A stretch of DNA of 64,000 nucleotides from Auanema rhodensis. Taxonomy: Eukaryota; Animalia; Nematoda. The position numbers were made by a program, and so were the translations under genes. Shown here piece after piece: positions 13,201 through 28,200 of the stretch. The number at the start of each line of letters is the position of its first letter. Position 1 is the stretch's first letter. Location of the stretch: the NCBI GenBank assembly GCA_964057225.1, contig OZ059900.1, positions 23,994,001-24,058,000 on the forward strand, given 5' to 3'. Under the pieces are notes generated by a model. It did not search any database. It was not told the origin of the DNA and saw nothing but the letters and a program-made list of their open reading frames with translations.

Positions 13201-16200
13201 AATATGCTAATTTCCTTAATTTTCTAACCCCTGTTTTTTTGTCGTGAAAGTGGAACTAGACGTTGTACGAACAATTTTGAGCTAGGTTTCATTGACATTG
13301 CATGAGTTTGAACACATGAAATCGTAAGTCAAAACCTTGTTTACAGCGAAATTTCCAAAAACTGGTTTTCCAGCATAATAAAATATTTCTCATGGGAAAT
13401 ACTGTGTTTTTGTATATTTCTAGTGTTCAGCATGTAAAATGCTTCATTTTAGTATGTAGCACGCTGAAATTCGTTGCATTTGACGACTCATATGAACAAA
13501 AATCGATTTAATCAATATTAGCCATAAGGGGCGTGCCCTCAGAATATGCTAATTTCCTTAATTTTCTAACCCCTGTTTTTTTGTCGTGAAAGTGGAACTA
13601 GACGTTGTACGAACAATTTTGAGCTAGGTTTCATTGACATTGCATGAGTTTGAACACATGAAATCGTAAGTCAAAACCTTGTTTACAGCGAAATTTCCAA
13701 AAACTGGTTTTCCAGCATAATAAAATATTTCTCATGGGAAATACTGTGTTTTTGTATTTTTCTAGTGTTCAGCATGTAAAATGCTTCATTTTAGTATGTA
13801 ACACGCTGAAATTCGTTGCATTTGACGACTCATATGAACAAAAATCGATTTAATCAATATTAGCCATAAGGGGCGTGCCCTCAGAATATGCTAATTTCCT
13901 TAAATTTCTAACCCCTGTTTTTTGTCGTGAAAGTGGAACTAGACGTTGTACGAACAATTTTGAGCTAGGTTTCATTGACATTGCATGAGTTTGAACACAT
14001 GAAATCGTAAGTCAAAACCTTGTTTACAGCGAAATTTCCAAAAACTGGTTTTCCAGCATAATAAAATATTTCTCATGGGAAATACTGTGTTTTTGTATTC
14101 TTCTAGTGTTCAGCATGTAAAATGCTTCATTTTAGTATGTAACACGCTGAAATTCGTTGCATTTAACGACTCATATGAACAAAAATCGATTTAATCAATA
14201 TTAGCCATAAGGGGCGTGCCCTCAGAATATGCTAATTTCCTTAATTTTCTAACCCCTGTTTTTTTGTCGTGAAAGTGGAACTAGACGTTGTATGAACATT
14301 TTTGAGCTAGGTTTCATTGACATTGCATGAGTTTGAACACATGAAATCGTAAGTCAAAACCTTGTTTACAGCGAAATTTCCAAAAACTGGTTTTCCAGCA
14401 TAATAAAATATTTCTCATGGGAAATACTGTGTTTTTGTATTTTTCTAGTGTTCAGCATGTAAAATACTTCATTTTAGTATGTAACACGCTGAAATTCGTT
14501 GCATTTGACGACTCATATGAACAAAAATCGATTTAATCAATATTAGCCATAAGGGGCGTGCCCTCAGAATATGCTAATTTCCTTAATTTTCTAACCCCTG
14601 TTTTTTTGTCGTGAAAGTGGAACTAGACGTTGTACGAACAATTTTGAGCTAGGTTTCATTGACATTGCATGAGTTTGAACACATGAAATCGTAAGTCAAA
14701 ACCTTGTTTACAGCGAAATTTCCAAAAACTGGTTTTCCAGCATAATAAAATATTTCTCATGGGAAATACTGTGTTTTTGTATTCTTCTAGTGTTCAGCAT
14801 GTAAAATGCTTCATTTTAGTATGTAACACGCTGAAATTCGTTGCATTTGACGACTCATATGAACAAAAATCGATTTAATCAATATTAGCCATAAGGGGCG
14901 TGCCCTCAGAATATGCTAATTTCCTTAATTTTCTAACCCCTGTTTTTTTGTCGTGAAAGTGGAACTAGACGTTGTACGAACAATTTTGAGCTAGGTTTCA
15001 TTGACATTGCATGAGTTTGAACACATGAAATCGTAAGTCAAAACCTTGTTTACAGCGAAATTTCCAAAAACTGGTTTTCCAGCATAATAAAATATTTCTC
15101 ATGGGAAATACTGTGTTTTTGTATTCTTCTAGTGTTCAGCATGTAAAATGCTTCATTTTAGTATGTAACACGCTGAAATTCGTTGCATTTGACGACTCAT
15201 ATGAACAAAAATCGATTTAATCAATATTAGCCATAAGGGGCGTGCCCTCAGAATATGCTAATTTCCTTAATTTTCTAACCCCTGTTTTTTTGTCGTGAAA
15301 GTGGAACTAGACGTTGTACGAACAATTTTGAGCTAGGTTTCATTGACATTGCATGAGTTTGAACACATGAAATCGTAAGTCAAAACCTTGTTTACAGCGA
15401 AATTTCCAAAAACTGGTTTTCCAGCATAATAAAATATTTCTCATGGGAAATACTGTGTTTTTGTATTCTTCTAGTGTTCAGCATGTAAAATGCTTCATTT
15501 TAGTATGTAACACGCTGAAATTCGTTGCATTTGACGACTCATATGAACAAAAATCGATTTAATCAATATTAGCCATAAGGGGCGTGCCCTCAGAATATGC
15601 TAATTTCCTTAATTTTCTAACCCCTGTTTTTTTGTCGTGAAAGTGGAACTAGACGTTGTACGAACAATTTTGAGCTAGGTTTCATTGACATTGCATGAGT
15701 TTGAACACATGAAATCGTAAGTCAAAACCTTGTTTACAGCGAAATTTCCAAAAACTGGTTTTCCAGCATAATAAAATATTTCTCATGGGAAATACTGTGT
15801 TTTTGTATTCTTCTAGTGTTCAGCATGTAAAATGCTTCATTTTAGTATGTAACACGCTGAAATTCGTTGCATTTGACGACTCATATGAACAAAAATCGAT
15901 TTAATCAATATTAGCCATAAGGGGCGTGCCCTCAGAATATGCTAATTTCCTTAATTTTCTAACCCCTGTTTTTTTGTCGTGAAAGTGGAACTAGACGTTG
16001 TACGAACAATTTTGAGCTAGGTTTCATTGACATTGCATGAGTTTGAACACATGAAATCGTAAGTCAAAACCTTGTTTACAGCGAAATTTCCAAAAACTGG
16101 TTTTCCAGCATAATAAAATATTTCTCATGGGAAATACTGTGTTTTTGTATATTTCTAGTGTTCAGCATGTAAAATGCTTCATTTTAGTATGTAGCACGCT

Positions 16201-19200
16201 GAAATTCGTTGCATTTGACGACTCATATGAACAAAAATCGATTTAATCAATATTAGCCATAAGGGGCGTGCCCTCAGAATATGCTAATTTCCTTAATTTT
16301 CTAACCCCTGTTTTTTTGTCGTGAAAGTGGAACTAGACGTTGTACGAACAATTTTGAGCTAGGTTTCATTGACATTGCATGAGTTTGAACACATGAAATC
16401 GTAAGTCAAAACCTTGTTTACAGCGAAATTTCCAAAAACTGGTTTTCCAGCATAATAAAATATTTCTCATGGGAAATACTGTGTTTTTGTATTTTTCTAG
16501 TGTTCAGCATGTAAAATGCTTCATTTTAGTATGTAACACGCTGAAATTCGTTGCATTTGACGACTCATATGAACAAAAATCGATTTAATCAATATTAGCC
16601 ATAAGGGGCGTGCCCTCAGAATATGCTAATTTCCTTAAATTTCTAACCCCTGTTTTTTGTCGTGAAAGTGGAACTAGACGTTGTACGAACAATTTTGAGC
16701 TAGGTTTCATTGACATTGCATGAGTTTGAACACATGAAATCGTAAGTCAAAACCTTGTTTACAGCGAAATTTCCAAAAACTGGTTTTCCAGCATAATAAA
16801 ATATTTCTCATGGGAAATACTGTGTTTTTGTATTCTTCTAGTGTTCAGCATGTAAAATGCTTCATTTTAGTATGTAACACGCTGAAATTCGTTGCATTTA
16901 ACGACTCATATGAACAAAAATCGATTTAATCAATATTAGCCATAAGGGGCGTGCCCTCAGAATATGCTAATTTCCTTAATTTTCTAACCCCTGTTTTTTT
17001 GTCGTGAAAGTGGAACTAGACGTTGTATGAACATTTTTGAGCTAGGTTTCATTGACATTGCATGAGTTTGAACACATGAAATCGTAAGTCAAAACCTTGT
17101 TTACAGCGAAATTTCCAAAAACTGGTTTTCCAGCATAATAAAATATTTCTCATGGGAAATACTGTGTTTTTGTATTTTTCTAGTGTTCAGCATGTAAAAT
17201 ACTTCATTTTAGTATGTAACACGCTGAAATTCGTTGCATTTGACGACTCATATGAACAAAAATCGATTTAATCAATATTAGCCATAAGGGGCGTGCCCTC
17301 AGAATATGCTAATTTCCTTAATTTTCTAACCCCTGTTTTTTTGTCGTGAAAGTGGAACTAGACGTTGTACGAACAATTTTGAGCTAGGTTTCATTGACAT
17401 TGCATGAGTTTGAACACATGAAATCGTAAGTCAAAACCTTGTTTACAGCGAAATTTCCAAAAACTGGTTTTCCAGCATAATAAAATATTTCTCATGGGAA
17501 ATACTGTGTTTTTGTATTCTTCTAGTGTTCAGCATGTAAAATGCTTCATTTTAGTATGTAACACGCTGAAATTCGTTGCATTTGACGACTCATATGAACA
17601 AAAATCGATTTAATCAATATTAGCCATAAGGGGCGTGCCCTCAGAATATGCTAATTTCCTTAATTTTCTAACCCCTGTTTTTTTGTCGTGAAAGTGGAAC
17701 TAGACGTTGTACGAACAATTTTGAGCTAGGTTTCATTGACATTGCATGAGTTTGAACACATGAAATCGTAAGTCAAAACCTTGTTTACAGCGAAATTTCC
17801 AAAAACTGGTTTTCCAGCATAATAAAATATTTCTCATGGGAAATACTGTGTTTTTGTATTCTTCTAGTGTTCAGCATGTAAAATGCTTCATTTTAGTATG
17901 TAACACGCTGAAATTCGTTGCATTTGACGACTCATATGAACAAAAATCGATTTAATCAATATTAGCCATAAGGGGCGTGCCCTCAGAATATGCTAATTTC
18001 CTTAATTTTCTAACCCCTGTTTTTTTGTCGTGAAAGTGGAACTAGACGTTGTACGAACAATTTTGAGCTAGGTTTCATTGACATTGCATGAGTTTGAACA
18101 CATGAAATCGTAAGTCAAAACCTTGTTTACAGCGAAATTTCCAAAAACTGGTTTTCCAGCATAATAAAATATTTCTCATGGGAAATACTGTGTTTTTGTA
18201 TTCTTCTAGTGTTCAGCATGTAAAATGCTTCATTTTAGTATGTAACACGCTGAAATTCGTTGCATTTGACGACTCATATGAACAAAAATCGATTTAATCA
18301 ATATTAGCCATAAGGGGCGTGCCCTCAGAATATGCTAATTTCCTTAATTTTCTAACCCCTGTTTTTTTGTCGTGAAAGTGGAACTAGACGTTGTACGAAC
18401 AATTTTGAGCTAGGTTTCATTGACATTGCATGAGTTTGAACACATGAAATCGTAAGTCAAAACCTTGTTTACAGCGAAATTTCCAAAAACTGGTTTTCCA
18501 GCATAATAAAATATTTCTCATGGGAAATACTGTGTTTTTGTATATTTCTAGTGTTCAGCATGTAAAATGCTTCATTTTAGTATGTAGCACGCTGAAATTC
18601 GTTGCATTTGACGACTCATATGAACAAAAATCGATTTAATCAATATTAGCCATAAGGGGCGTGCCCTCAGAATATGCTAATTTCCTTAATTTTCTAACCC
18701 CTGTTTTTTTGTCGTGAAAGTGGAACTAGACGTTGTACGAACAATTTTGAGCTAGGTTTCATTGACATTGCATGAGTTTGAACACATGAAATCGTAAGTC
18801 AAAACCTTGTTTACAGCGAAATTTCCAAAAACTGGTTTTCCAGCATAATAAAATATTTCTCATGGGAAATACTGTGTTTTTGTATTCTTCTAGTGTTCAG
18901 CATGTAAAATGCTTCATTTTAGTATGTAACACGCTGAAATTCGTTGCATTTGACGACTCATATGAACAAAAATCGATTTAATCAATATTAGCCATAAGGG
19001 GCGTGCCCTCAGAATATGCTAATTTCCTTAAATTTCTAACCCCTGTTTTTTGTCGAGAAAGTGGAACTAGACGTTGTACGAATAATTTTGAGCTAGGTTT
19101 CATTGACATTGCATGAGTTTGAACACATGAAATCGTAAGTCAAAACCTTGTTTACAGCGAAATTTCCAAAAACTGGTTTTCCAGCATAATAAAATATTTC

Positions 19201-22200
19201 TCATGGGAAATACTGTGTTTTTGTATTCTTCTAGTGTTCAGCATGTAAAATGCTTCATTTTAGTATGTAACACGCTGAAATTCGTTGCATTTAACGACTC
19301 ATATGAACAAAAATCGATTTAATCAATATTAGCCATAAGGGGCGTGCCCTCAGAATATGCTAATTTCCTTAATTTTCTAACCCCTGTTTTTTTGTCGTGA
19401 AAGTGGAACTAGACGTTGTATGAACATTTTTGAGCTAGGTTTCATTGACATTGCATGAGTTTGAACACATGAAATCGTAAGTCAAAACCTTGTTTACAGC
19501 GAAATTTCCAAAAACTGGTTTTCCAGCATAATAAAATATTTCTCATGGGAAATACTGTGTTTTTGTATTTTTCTAGTGTTCAGCATGTAAAATACTTCAT
19601 TTTAGTATGTAACACGCTGAAATTCGTTGCATTTGACGACTCATATGAACAAAAATCGATTTAATCAATATTAGCCATAAGGGGCGTGCCCTCAGAATAT
19701 GCTAATTTCCTTAATTTTCTAACCCTTGTTTTTTTGTCGTGAAAGTGGAACTAGACGTTGTACGAACAATTTTGAGCTAGGTTTCATTGACATTGCATGA
19801 GTTTGAACACATGAAATCGTAAGTCAAAACCTTGTTTACAGCGAAATTTCCAAAAACTGGTTTTCCAGCATAATAAAATATTTCTCATGGGAAATACTGT
19901 GTTTTTGTATTTTTCTAGTGTTCAGCATGTAAAATGCTTCATTTTAGTATGTAACACGCTGAAATTCGTTGCATTTGACGAATCATATGAACAAAAATCG
20001 ATTTAATCAATATTAGCCATAAGGGGCGTGCCCTCAGAATATGCTAATTTCCTTAATTTTCTAACCCCTGTTTTTTTGTCGTGAAAGTGGAACTAGACGT
20101 TGTACGAACAATTTTGAGCTAGGTTTCATTGACATTGCATGAGTTTGAACACATGAAATCGTAAGTCAAAACCTTGTTTACAGCGAAATTTCCAAAAACT
20201 GGTTTTCCAGCATAATAAAATATTTCTCATGGGAAATACTGTGTTTTCGTATTTTTCTAGTGTTCAGCATGTAAAATGGTTCATTTTAGTATGTAACACG
20301 CTGAAATTCGTTGCATTTGACGACTCATATGAACAAAAATCGATTTAATCAATATTAGCCATAAGGGGCGTGCCCTCAGAATATGCTAATTTCCTTAATT
20401 TTCTAACCCCTGTTTTTTTGTCGTGAAAGTGGAACTAGACGTTGTACGAACAATTTTGAGCTAGGTTTCATTGACATTGCATGAGTTTGAACACATGAAA
20501 TCGTAAGTCAAAACCTTGTTTACAGCGAAATTTCCAAAAACTGGTTTTCCAGCATAATAAAATATTTCTCATGGGAAATACTGTGTTTTTGTATTTTTCT
20601 AGTGTTCAGCATGTAAAATGCTTCATTTTAGTATGTAACACGCTGAAATTCGTTGCATTTAACGACTCATATGAACAAAAATCGATTTAATCAATATTAG
20701 CCATAAGGGGCGTGCCCTCAGAATATGCTAATTTCCTTAATTTTCTAACCCCTGTTTTTTTGTCGTGAAAGTGGAATTAGACGTTGTATGAACATTTTTG
20801 AGCTAGGTTTCATTGACATTGCATGAGTTTGAACACATGAAATCGTAAGTCAAAACCTTGTTTACAGCGAAATTTCCAAAAACTGGTTTTCCAGCATAAT
20901 AAAATATTTCTCATGGGAAATACTGTGTTTTTGTATTTTTCTAGTGTTCAGCATGTAAAATGCTTCATTTTAATATGTAACACGCTGAAATTCGTTGCAT
21001 TTAACGACTCATATGAACAAAAATCGATTTAATCAATATTAGCCATAAGGGGCGTGCCCTCAGAATATGCTAATTTCCTTAATTTTCTAACCCCTGTTTT
21101 TTTGTCGTGAAAGTGGAACTAGACGTTGTATGAACATTTTTGAGCTAGGTTTCATTGACATTGCATGAGTTTGAACACATGAAATCGTAAGTCAAAACCT
21201 TGTTTACAGCGAAATTTCCAAAAACTGGTTTTCCAGCATAATAAAATATTTCTCATGGGAAATACTGTGTTTTTGTATTTTTCTAGTGTTCAGCATGTAA
21301 AATACTTCATTTTAGTATGTAACACGCTGAAATTCGTTGCATTTGACGACTCATATGAACAAAAATCGATTTAATCAATATTAGCCATAAGGGGCGTGCC
21401 CTCAGAATATGCTAATTTCCTTAATTTTCTAACCCTTGTTTTTTTGTCGTGAAAGTGGAACTAGACGTTGTACGAACAATTTTGAGCTAGGTTTCATTGA
21501 CATTGCATGAGTTTGAACACATGAAATCGTAAGTCAAAACCTTGTTTACAGCGAAATTTCCAAAAACTGGTTTTCCAGCATAATAAAATATTTCTCATGG
21601 GAAATACTGTGTTTTTGTATTTTTCTAGTGTTCAGCATGTAAAATGCTTCATTTTAGTATGTAACACGCTGAAATTCGTTGCATTTGACGAATCATATGA
21701 ACAAAAATCGATTTAATCAATATTAGCCATAAGGGGCGTGCCCTCAGAATATGCTAATTTCCTTAATTTTCTAACCCCTGTTTTTTTGTCGTGAAAGTGG
21801 AACTAGACGTTGTACGAACAATTTTGAGCTAGGTTTCATTGACATTGCATGAGTTTGAACACATGAAATCGTAAGTCAAAACCTTGTTTACAGCGAAATT
21901 TCCAAAAACTGGTTTTCCAGCATAATAAAATATTTCTCATGGGAAATACTGTGTTTTTGTATTTTTCTAGTGTTCAGCATGTAAAATGGTTCATTTTAGT
22001 ATGTAACACGCTGAAATTCGTTGCATTTGACGACTCATATGAACAAAAATCGATTTAATCAATATTAGCCATAAGGGGCGTGCCCTCAGAATATGCTAAT
22101 TTCCTTAATTTTCTAACCCCTGTTTTTTTGTCGTGAAAGTGGAACTAGACGTTGTACGAACAATTTTGAGCTAGGTTTCATTGACATTGCATGAGTTTGA

Positions 22201-25200
22201 ACACATGAAATCGTAAGTCAAAACCTTGTTTACAGCGAAATTTCCAAAAACTGGTTTTCCAGCATAATAAAATATTTCTCATGGGAAATACTGTGTTTTT
22301 GTATTTTTCTAGTGTTCAGCATGTAAAATGCTTCATTTTAGTATGTAACACGCTGAAATTCGTTGCATTTGACGACTCATATGAACAAAAATCGATTTAA
22401 TCAATATTAGCCATAAGGGGCGTGCCCTCAGAATATGCTAATTTCCTTAATTTTCTGACCCCTGTTTTTTTGTCGTGAAAGTGGAACTAGACGTTGTACG
22501 AACAATTTTGAGCTAGGTTTCATTGACATTGCATGAGTTTGAACACATGAAATCGTAAGTCAAAACCTTGTTTACAGCGAAATTTCCAAAAACTGGTTTT
22601 CCAGCATAATAAAATATTTCTCATGGGAAATACTGTGTTTTTGTATTTTTCTAGTGTTCAGCATGTAAAATGCTTCATTTTAGTATGTAACACGCTGAAA
22701 TTCGTTGCATTTGACGACTCATATGAACAAAAATCGATTTAATCAATATTAGCCATAAGGGGCGTGCCCTCAGAATATGCTAATTTCCTTAATTTTCTAA
22801 CCCCTGTTTTTTTGTCGTGAAAGTGGAACTAGACGTTGTACGAACAATTTTGAGCTAGGTTTCATTGACATTGCATGAGTTTGAACACATGAAATCGTAA
22901 GTCAAAACCTTGTTTACAGCGAAATTTCCAAAAACTGGTTTTCCAGCATAATAAAATATTTCTCATGGGAAATACTGTGTTTTTGTATTTTTCTAGTGTT
23001 CAGCATGTAAAATGCTTCATTTTAGTATGTAACACGCTGAAATTCGTTGCATTTGACGACTCATATGAACAAAAATCGATTTAATCAATATTAGCTATAA
23101 GGGGCGTGCCCTCAGAATATGCTAATTTCCTTAATTTTCTAACCCCTGTTTTTTTGTCGTGAAAGTGGAACTAGACGTTGTACGAACAATTTTGAGCTAA
23201 GTTTCATTGACATTGCATGAGTTTGAACACATGAAATCGTAAGTCAAAACCTTGTTTACAGCGAAATTTCCAAAAACTGGTTTTCCAGCATAATAAAATA
23301 TTTCTCATGGGAAATACTGTGTTTTTGTTTTTTTCTAGTGTTCAGCATGTAAAATGCTTCATTTTAGTATGTAACACGCTGAAATTCGTTGCATTTGACG
23401 ACTCATATGAACAAAAATCGATTTAATCAATATTAGCCATAAGGGGCGTGCCCTCAGAATATGCTAATTTCCTTAATTTTCTAACCCCTGTTTTTTTGTC
23501 GTGAAAGTGGAACTAGACGTTGTACGAACAATTTTGAGCTAGGTTTCATTGACATTGCATGAGTTTGAACACATGAAATCGTAAGTCAAAACCTTGTTTA
23601 CAGCGAAATTTCCAAAAACTGGTTTTCCAGCATAATAAAATATTTCTCATGGGAAATACTGTGTTTTTGTATTCTTCTAGTGTTCAGCATGTAAAATGCT
23701 TCATTTTAGTATGTAACACGCTGAAATTCGTTGCATTTGACGACTCATATGAACAAAAATCGATTTAATCAATATTAGCCATAAGGGGCGTGCCCTCAGA
23801 ATATGCTAATTTCCTTAATTTTCTAACCCCTGTTTTTTTGTCGTGAAAGTGGAACTAGACGTTGTACGAACAATTTTGAGCTAGGTTTCATTGACATTGC
23901 ATGAGTTTGAACACATGAAATCGTAAGTCAAAACCTTGTTTACAGCGAAATTTCCAAAAACTGGTTTTCCAGCATAATAAAATATTTCTCATGGGAAATA
24001 CTGTGTTTTTGTATTTTTCTAGTGTTCAGCATGTAAAATGCTTCATTTTAGTATGTAACACGCTGAAATTCGTTGCATTTGACGAATCATATGAACAAAA
24101 ATCGATTTAATCAATATTAGCCATAAGGGGCGTGCCCTCAGAATATGCTAATTTCCTTAATTTTCTAACCCCTGTTTTTTTGTCGTGAAAGTGGAACTAG
24201 ACGTTGTACGAACAATTTTGAGCTAGGTTTCATTGACATTGCATGAGTTTGAACACATGAAATCGTAAGTCAAAACCTTGTTTACAGCGAAATTTCCAAA
24301 AACTGGTTTTCCAGCATAATAAAATATTTCTCATGGGAAATACTGTGTTTTTGTATTTTTCTAGTGTTCAGCATGTAAAATGGTTCATTTTAGTATGTAA
24401 CACGCTGAAATTCGTTGCATTTGACGACTCATATGAACAAAAATCGATTTAATCAATATTAGCCATAAGGGGCGTGCCCTCAGAATATGCTAATTTCCTT
24501 AATTTTCTAACCCCTGTTTTTTTGTCGTGAAAGTGGAACTAGACGTTGTACGAACAATTTTGAGCTAGGTTTCATTGACATTGCATGAGTTTGAACACAT
24601 GAAATCGTAAGTCAAAACCTTGTTTACAGCGAAATTTCCAAAAACTGGTTTTCCAGCATAATAAAATATTTCTCATGGGAAATACTGTGTTTTTGTATTT
24701 TTCTAGTGTTCAGCATGTAAAATGCTTCATTTTAGTATGTAACACGCTGAAATTCGTTGCATTTGACGACTCATATGAACAAAAATCGATTTAATCAATA
24801 TTAGCCATAAGGGGCGTGCCCTCAGAATATGCTAATTTCCTTAATTTTCTGACCCCTGTTTTTTTGTCGTGAAAGTGGAACTAGACGTTGTACGAACAAT
24901 TTTGAGCTAGGTTTCATTGACATTGCATGAGTTTGAACACATGAAATCGTAAGTCAAAACCTTGTTTACAGCGAAATTTCCAAAAACTGGTTTTCCAGCA
25001 TAATAAAATATTTCTCATGGGAAATACTGTGTTTTTGTATTTTTCTAGTGTTCAGCATGTAAAATGCTTCATTTTAGTATGTAACACGCTGAAATTCGTT
25101 GCATTTGACGACTCATATGAACAAAAATCGATTTAATCAATATTAGCCATAAGGGGCGTGCCCTCAGAATATGCTAATTTCCTTAATTTTCTAACCCCTG

Positions 25201-28200
25201 TTTTTTTGTCGTGAAAGTGGAACTAGACGTTGTACGAACAATTTTGAGCTAGGTTTCATTGACATTGCATGAGTTTGAACACATGAAATCGTAAGTCAAA
25301 ACCTTGTTTACAGCGAAATTTCCAAAAACTGGTTTTCCAGCATAATAAAATATTTCTCATGGGAAATACTGTGTTTTTGTATTTTTCTAGTGTTCAGCAT
25401 GTAAAATGCTTCATTTTAGTATGTAACACGCTGAAATTCGTTGCATTTGACGACTCATATGAACAAAAATCGATTTAATCAATATTAGCTATAAGGGGCG
25501 TGCCCTCAGAATATGCTAATTTCCTTAATTTTCTAACCCCTGTTTTTTTGTCGTGAAAGTGGAACTAGACGTTGTACGAACAATTTTGAGCTAAGTTTCA
25601 TTGACATTGCATGAGTTTGAACACATGAAATCGTAAGTCAAAACCTTGTTTACAGCGAAATTTCCAAAAACTGGTTTTCCAGCATAATAAAATATTTCTC
25701 ATGGGAAATACTGTGTTTTTGTTTTTTTCTAGTGTTCAGCATGTAAAATGCTTCATTTTAGTATGTAACACGCTGAAATTCGTTGCATTTGACGACTCAT
25801 ATGAACAAAAATCGATTTAATCAATATTAGCCATAAGGGGCGTGCCCTCAGAATATGCTAATTTCCTTAATTTTCTAACCCCTGTTTTTTTGTCGTGAAA
25901 GTGGAACTAGACGTTGTACGAACAATTTTCAGCTAGGTTTCATTGACATTGCATGAGTTTGAACACATGAAATCGTAAGTCAAAACCTTGTTTACAGCGA
26001 AATTTCCAAAAACTGGTTTTCCAGCATAATAAAATATTTCTCATGGGAAATACTGTGTTTTTGTATTCTTCTAGTGTTCAGCATGTAAAATGCTTCATTT
26101 TAGTATGTAACACGCTGAAATTCGTTGCATTTGACGACTCATATGAACAAAAATCGATTTAATCAATATTAGCCATAAGGGGCGTGCCCTCAGAATATGC
26201 TAATTTCCTTAATTTTCTAACCCCTGTTTTTTTGTCGTGAAAGTGGAACTAGACGTTGTACGAACAATTTTGAGCTAGGTTTCATTGACATTGCATGAGT
26301 TTGAACACATGAAATCGTAAGTCAAAACCTTGTTTACAGCGAAATTTCCAAAAACTGGTTTTCCAGCATAATAAAATATTTCTCATGGGAAATACTGTGT
26401 TTTTGTATTTTTCTAGTGTTCAGCATGTAAAATGCTTCATTTTAGTATGTAACACGCTGAAATTCGTTGCATTTGACGACTCATATGAACAAAAATCGAT
26501 TTAATCAATATTAGCCATAAGGGGCGTGCCCTCAGAATATGCTAATTTCCTTAATTTTCTGACCCCTGTTTTTTTGTCGTGAAAGTGGAACTAGACGTTG
26601 TACGAACAATTTTGAGCTAGGTTTCATTGACATTGCATGAGTTTGAACACATGAAATCGTAAGTCAAAACCTTGTTTACAGCGAAATTTCCAAAAACTGG
26701 TTTTCCAGCATAATAAAATATTTCTCATGGGAAATACTGTGTTTTTGTATTTTTCTAGTGTTCAGCATGTAAAATGCTTCATTTTAGTATGTAACACGCT
26801 GAAATTCGTTGCATTTGACGACTCATATGAACAAAAATCGATTTAATCAATATTAGCCATAAGGGGCGTGCCCTCAGAATATGCTAATTTCCTTAATTTT
26901 CTAACCCCTGTTTTTTTGTCGTGAAAGTGGAACTAGACGTTGTACGAACAATTTTGAGCTAGGTTTCATTGACATTGCATGAGTTTGAACACATGAAATC
27001 GTAAGTCAAAACCTTGTTTACAGCGAAATTTCCAAAAACTGGTTTTCCAGCATAATAAAATATTTCTCATGGGAAATACTGTGTTTTTGTATTTTTCTAG
27101 TGTTCAGCATGTAAAATGCTTCATTTTAGTATGTAACACGCTGAAATTCGTTGCATTTGACGACTCATATGAACAAAAATCGATTTAATCAATATTAGCT
27201 ATAAGGGGCGTGCCCTCAGAATATGCTAATTTCCTTAATTTTCTAACCCCTGTTTTTTTGTCGTGAAAGTGGAACTAGACGTTGTACGAACAATTTTGAG
27301 CTAAGTTTCATTGACATTGCATGAGTTTGAACACATGAAATCGTAAGTCAAAACCTTGTTTACAGCGAAATTTCCAAAAACTGGTTTTCCAGCATAATAA
27401 AATATTTCTCATGGGAAATACTGTGTTTTTGTTTTTTTCTAGTGTTCAGCATGTAAAATGCTTCATTTTAGTATGTAACACGCTGAAATTCGTTGCATTT
27501 GACGACTCATATGAACAAAAATCGATTTAATCAATATTAGCCATAAGGGGCGTGCCCTCAGAATATGCTAATTTCCTTAATTTTCTAACCCCTGTTTTTT
27601 TGTCGTGAAAGTGGAACTAGACGTTGTACGAACAATTTTGAGCTAGGTTTCATTGACATTGCATGAGTTTGAACACATGAAATCGTAAGTCAAAACCTTG
27701 TTTACAGCGAAATTTCCAAAAACTGGTTTTCCAGCATAATAAAATATTTCTCATGGGAAATACTGTGTTTTTGTATTCTTCTAGTGTTCAGCATGTAAAA
27801 TGCTTCATTTTAGTATGTAACACGCTGAAATTCGTTGCATTTGACGACTCATATGAACAAAAATCGATTTAATCAATATTAGCCATAAGGGGCGTGCCCT
27901 CAGAATATGCTAATTTCCTTAATTTTCTAACCCCTGTTTTTTTGTCGTGAAAGTGGAACTAGACGTTGTACGAACAATTTTGAGCTAGGTTTCATTGACA
28001 TTGCATGAGTTTGAACACATGAAATCGTAAGTCAAAACCTTGTTTACAGCGAAATTTCCAAAAACTGGTTTTCCAGCATAATAAAATATTTCTCATGGGA
28101 AATACTGTGTTTTTGTATTCTTCTAGTGTTCAGCATGTAAAATGCTTCATTTTAGTATGTAACACGCTGAAATTCGTTGCATTTGACGACTCATATGAAC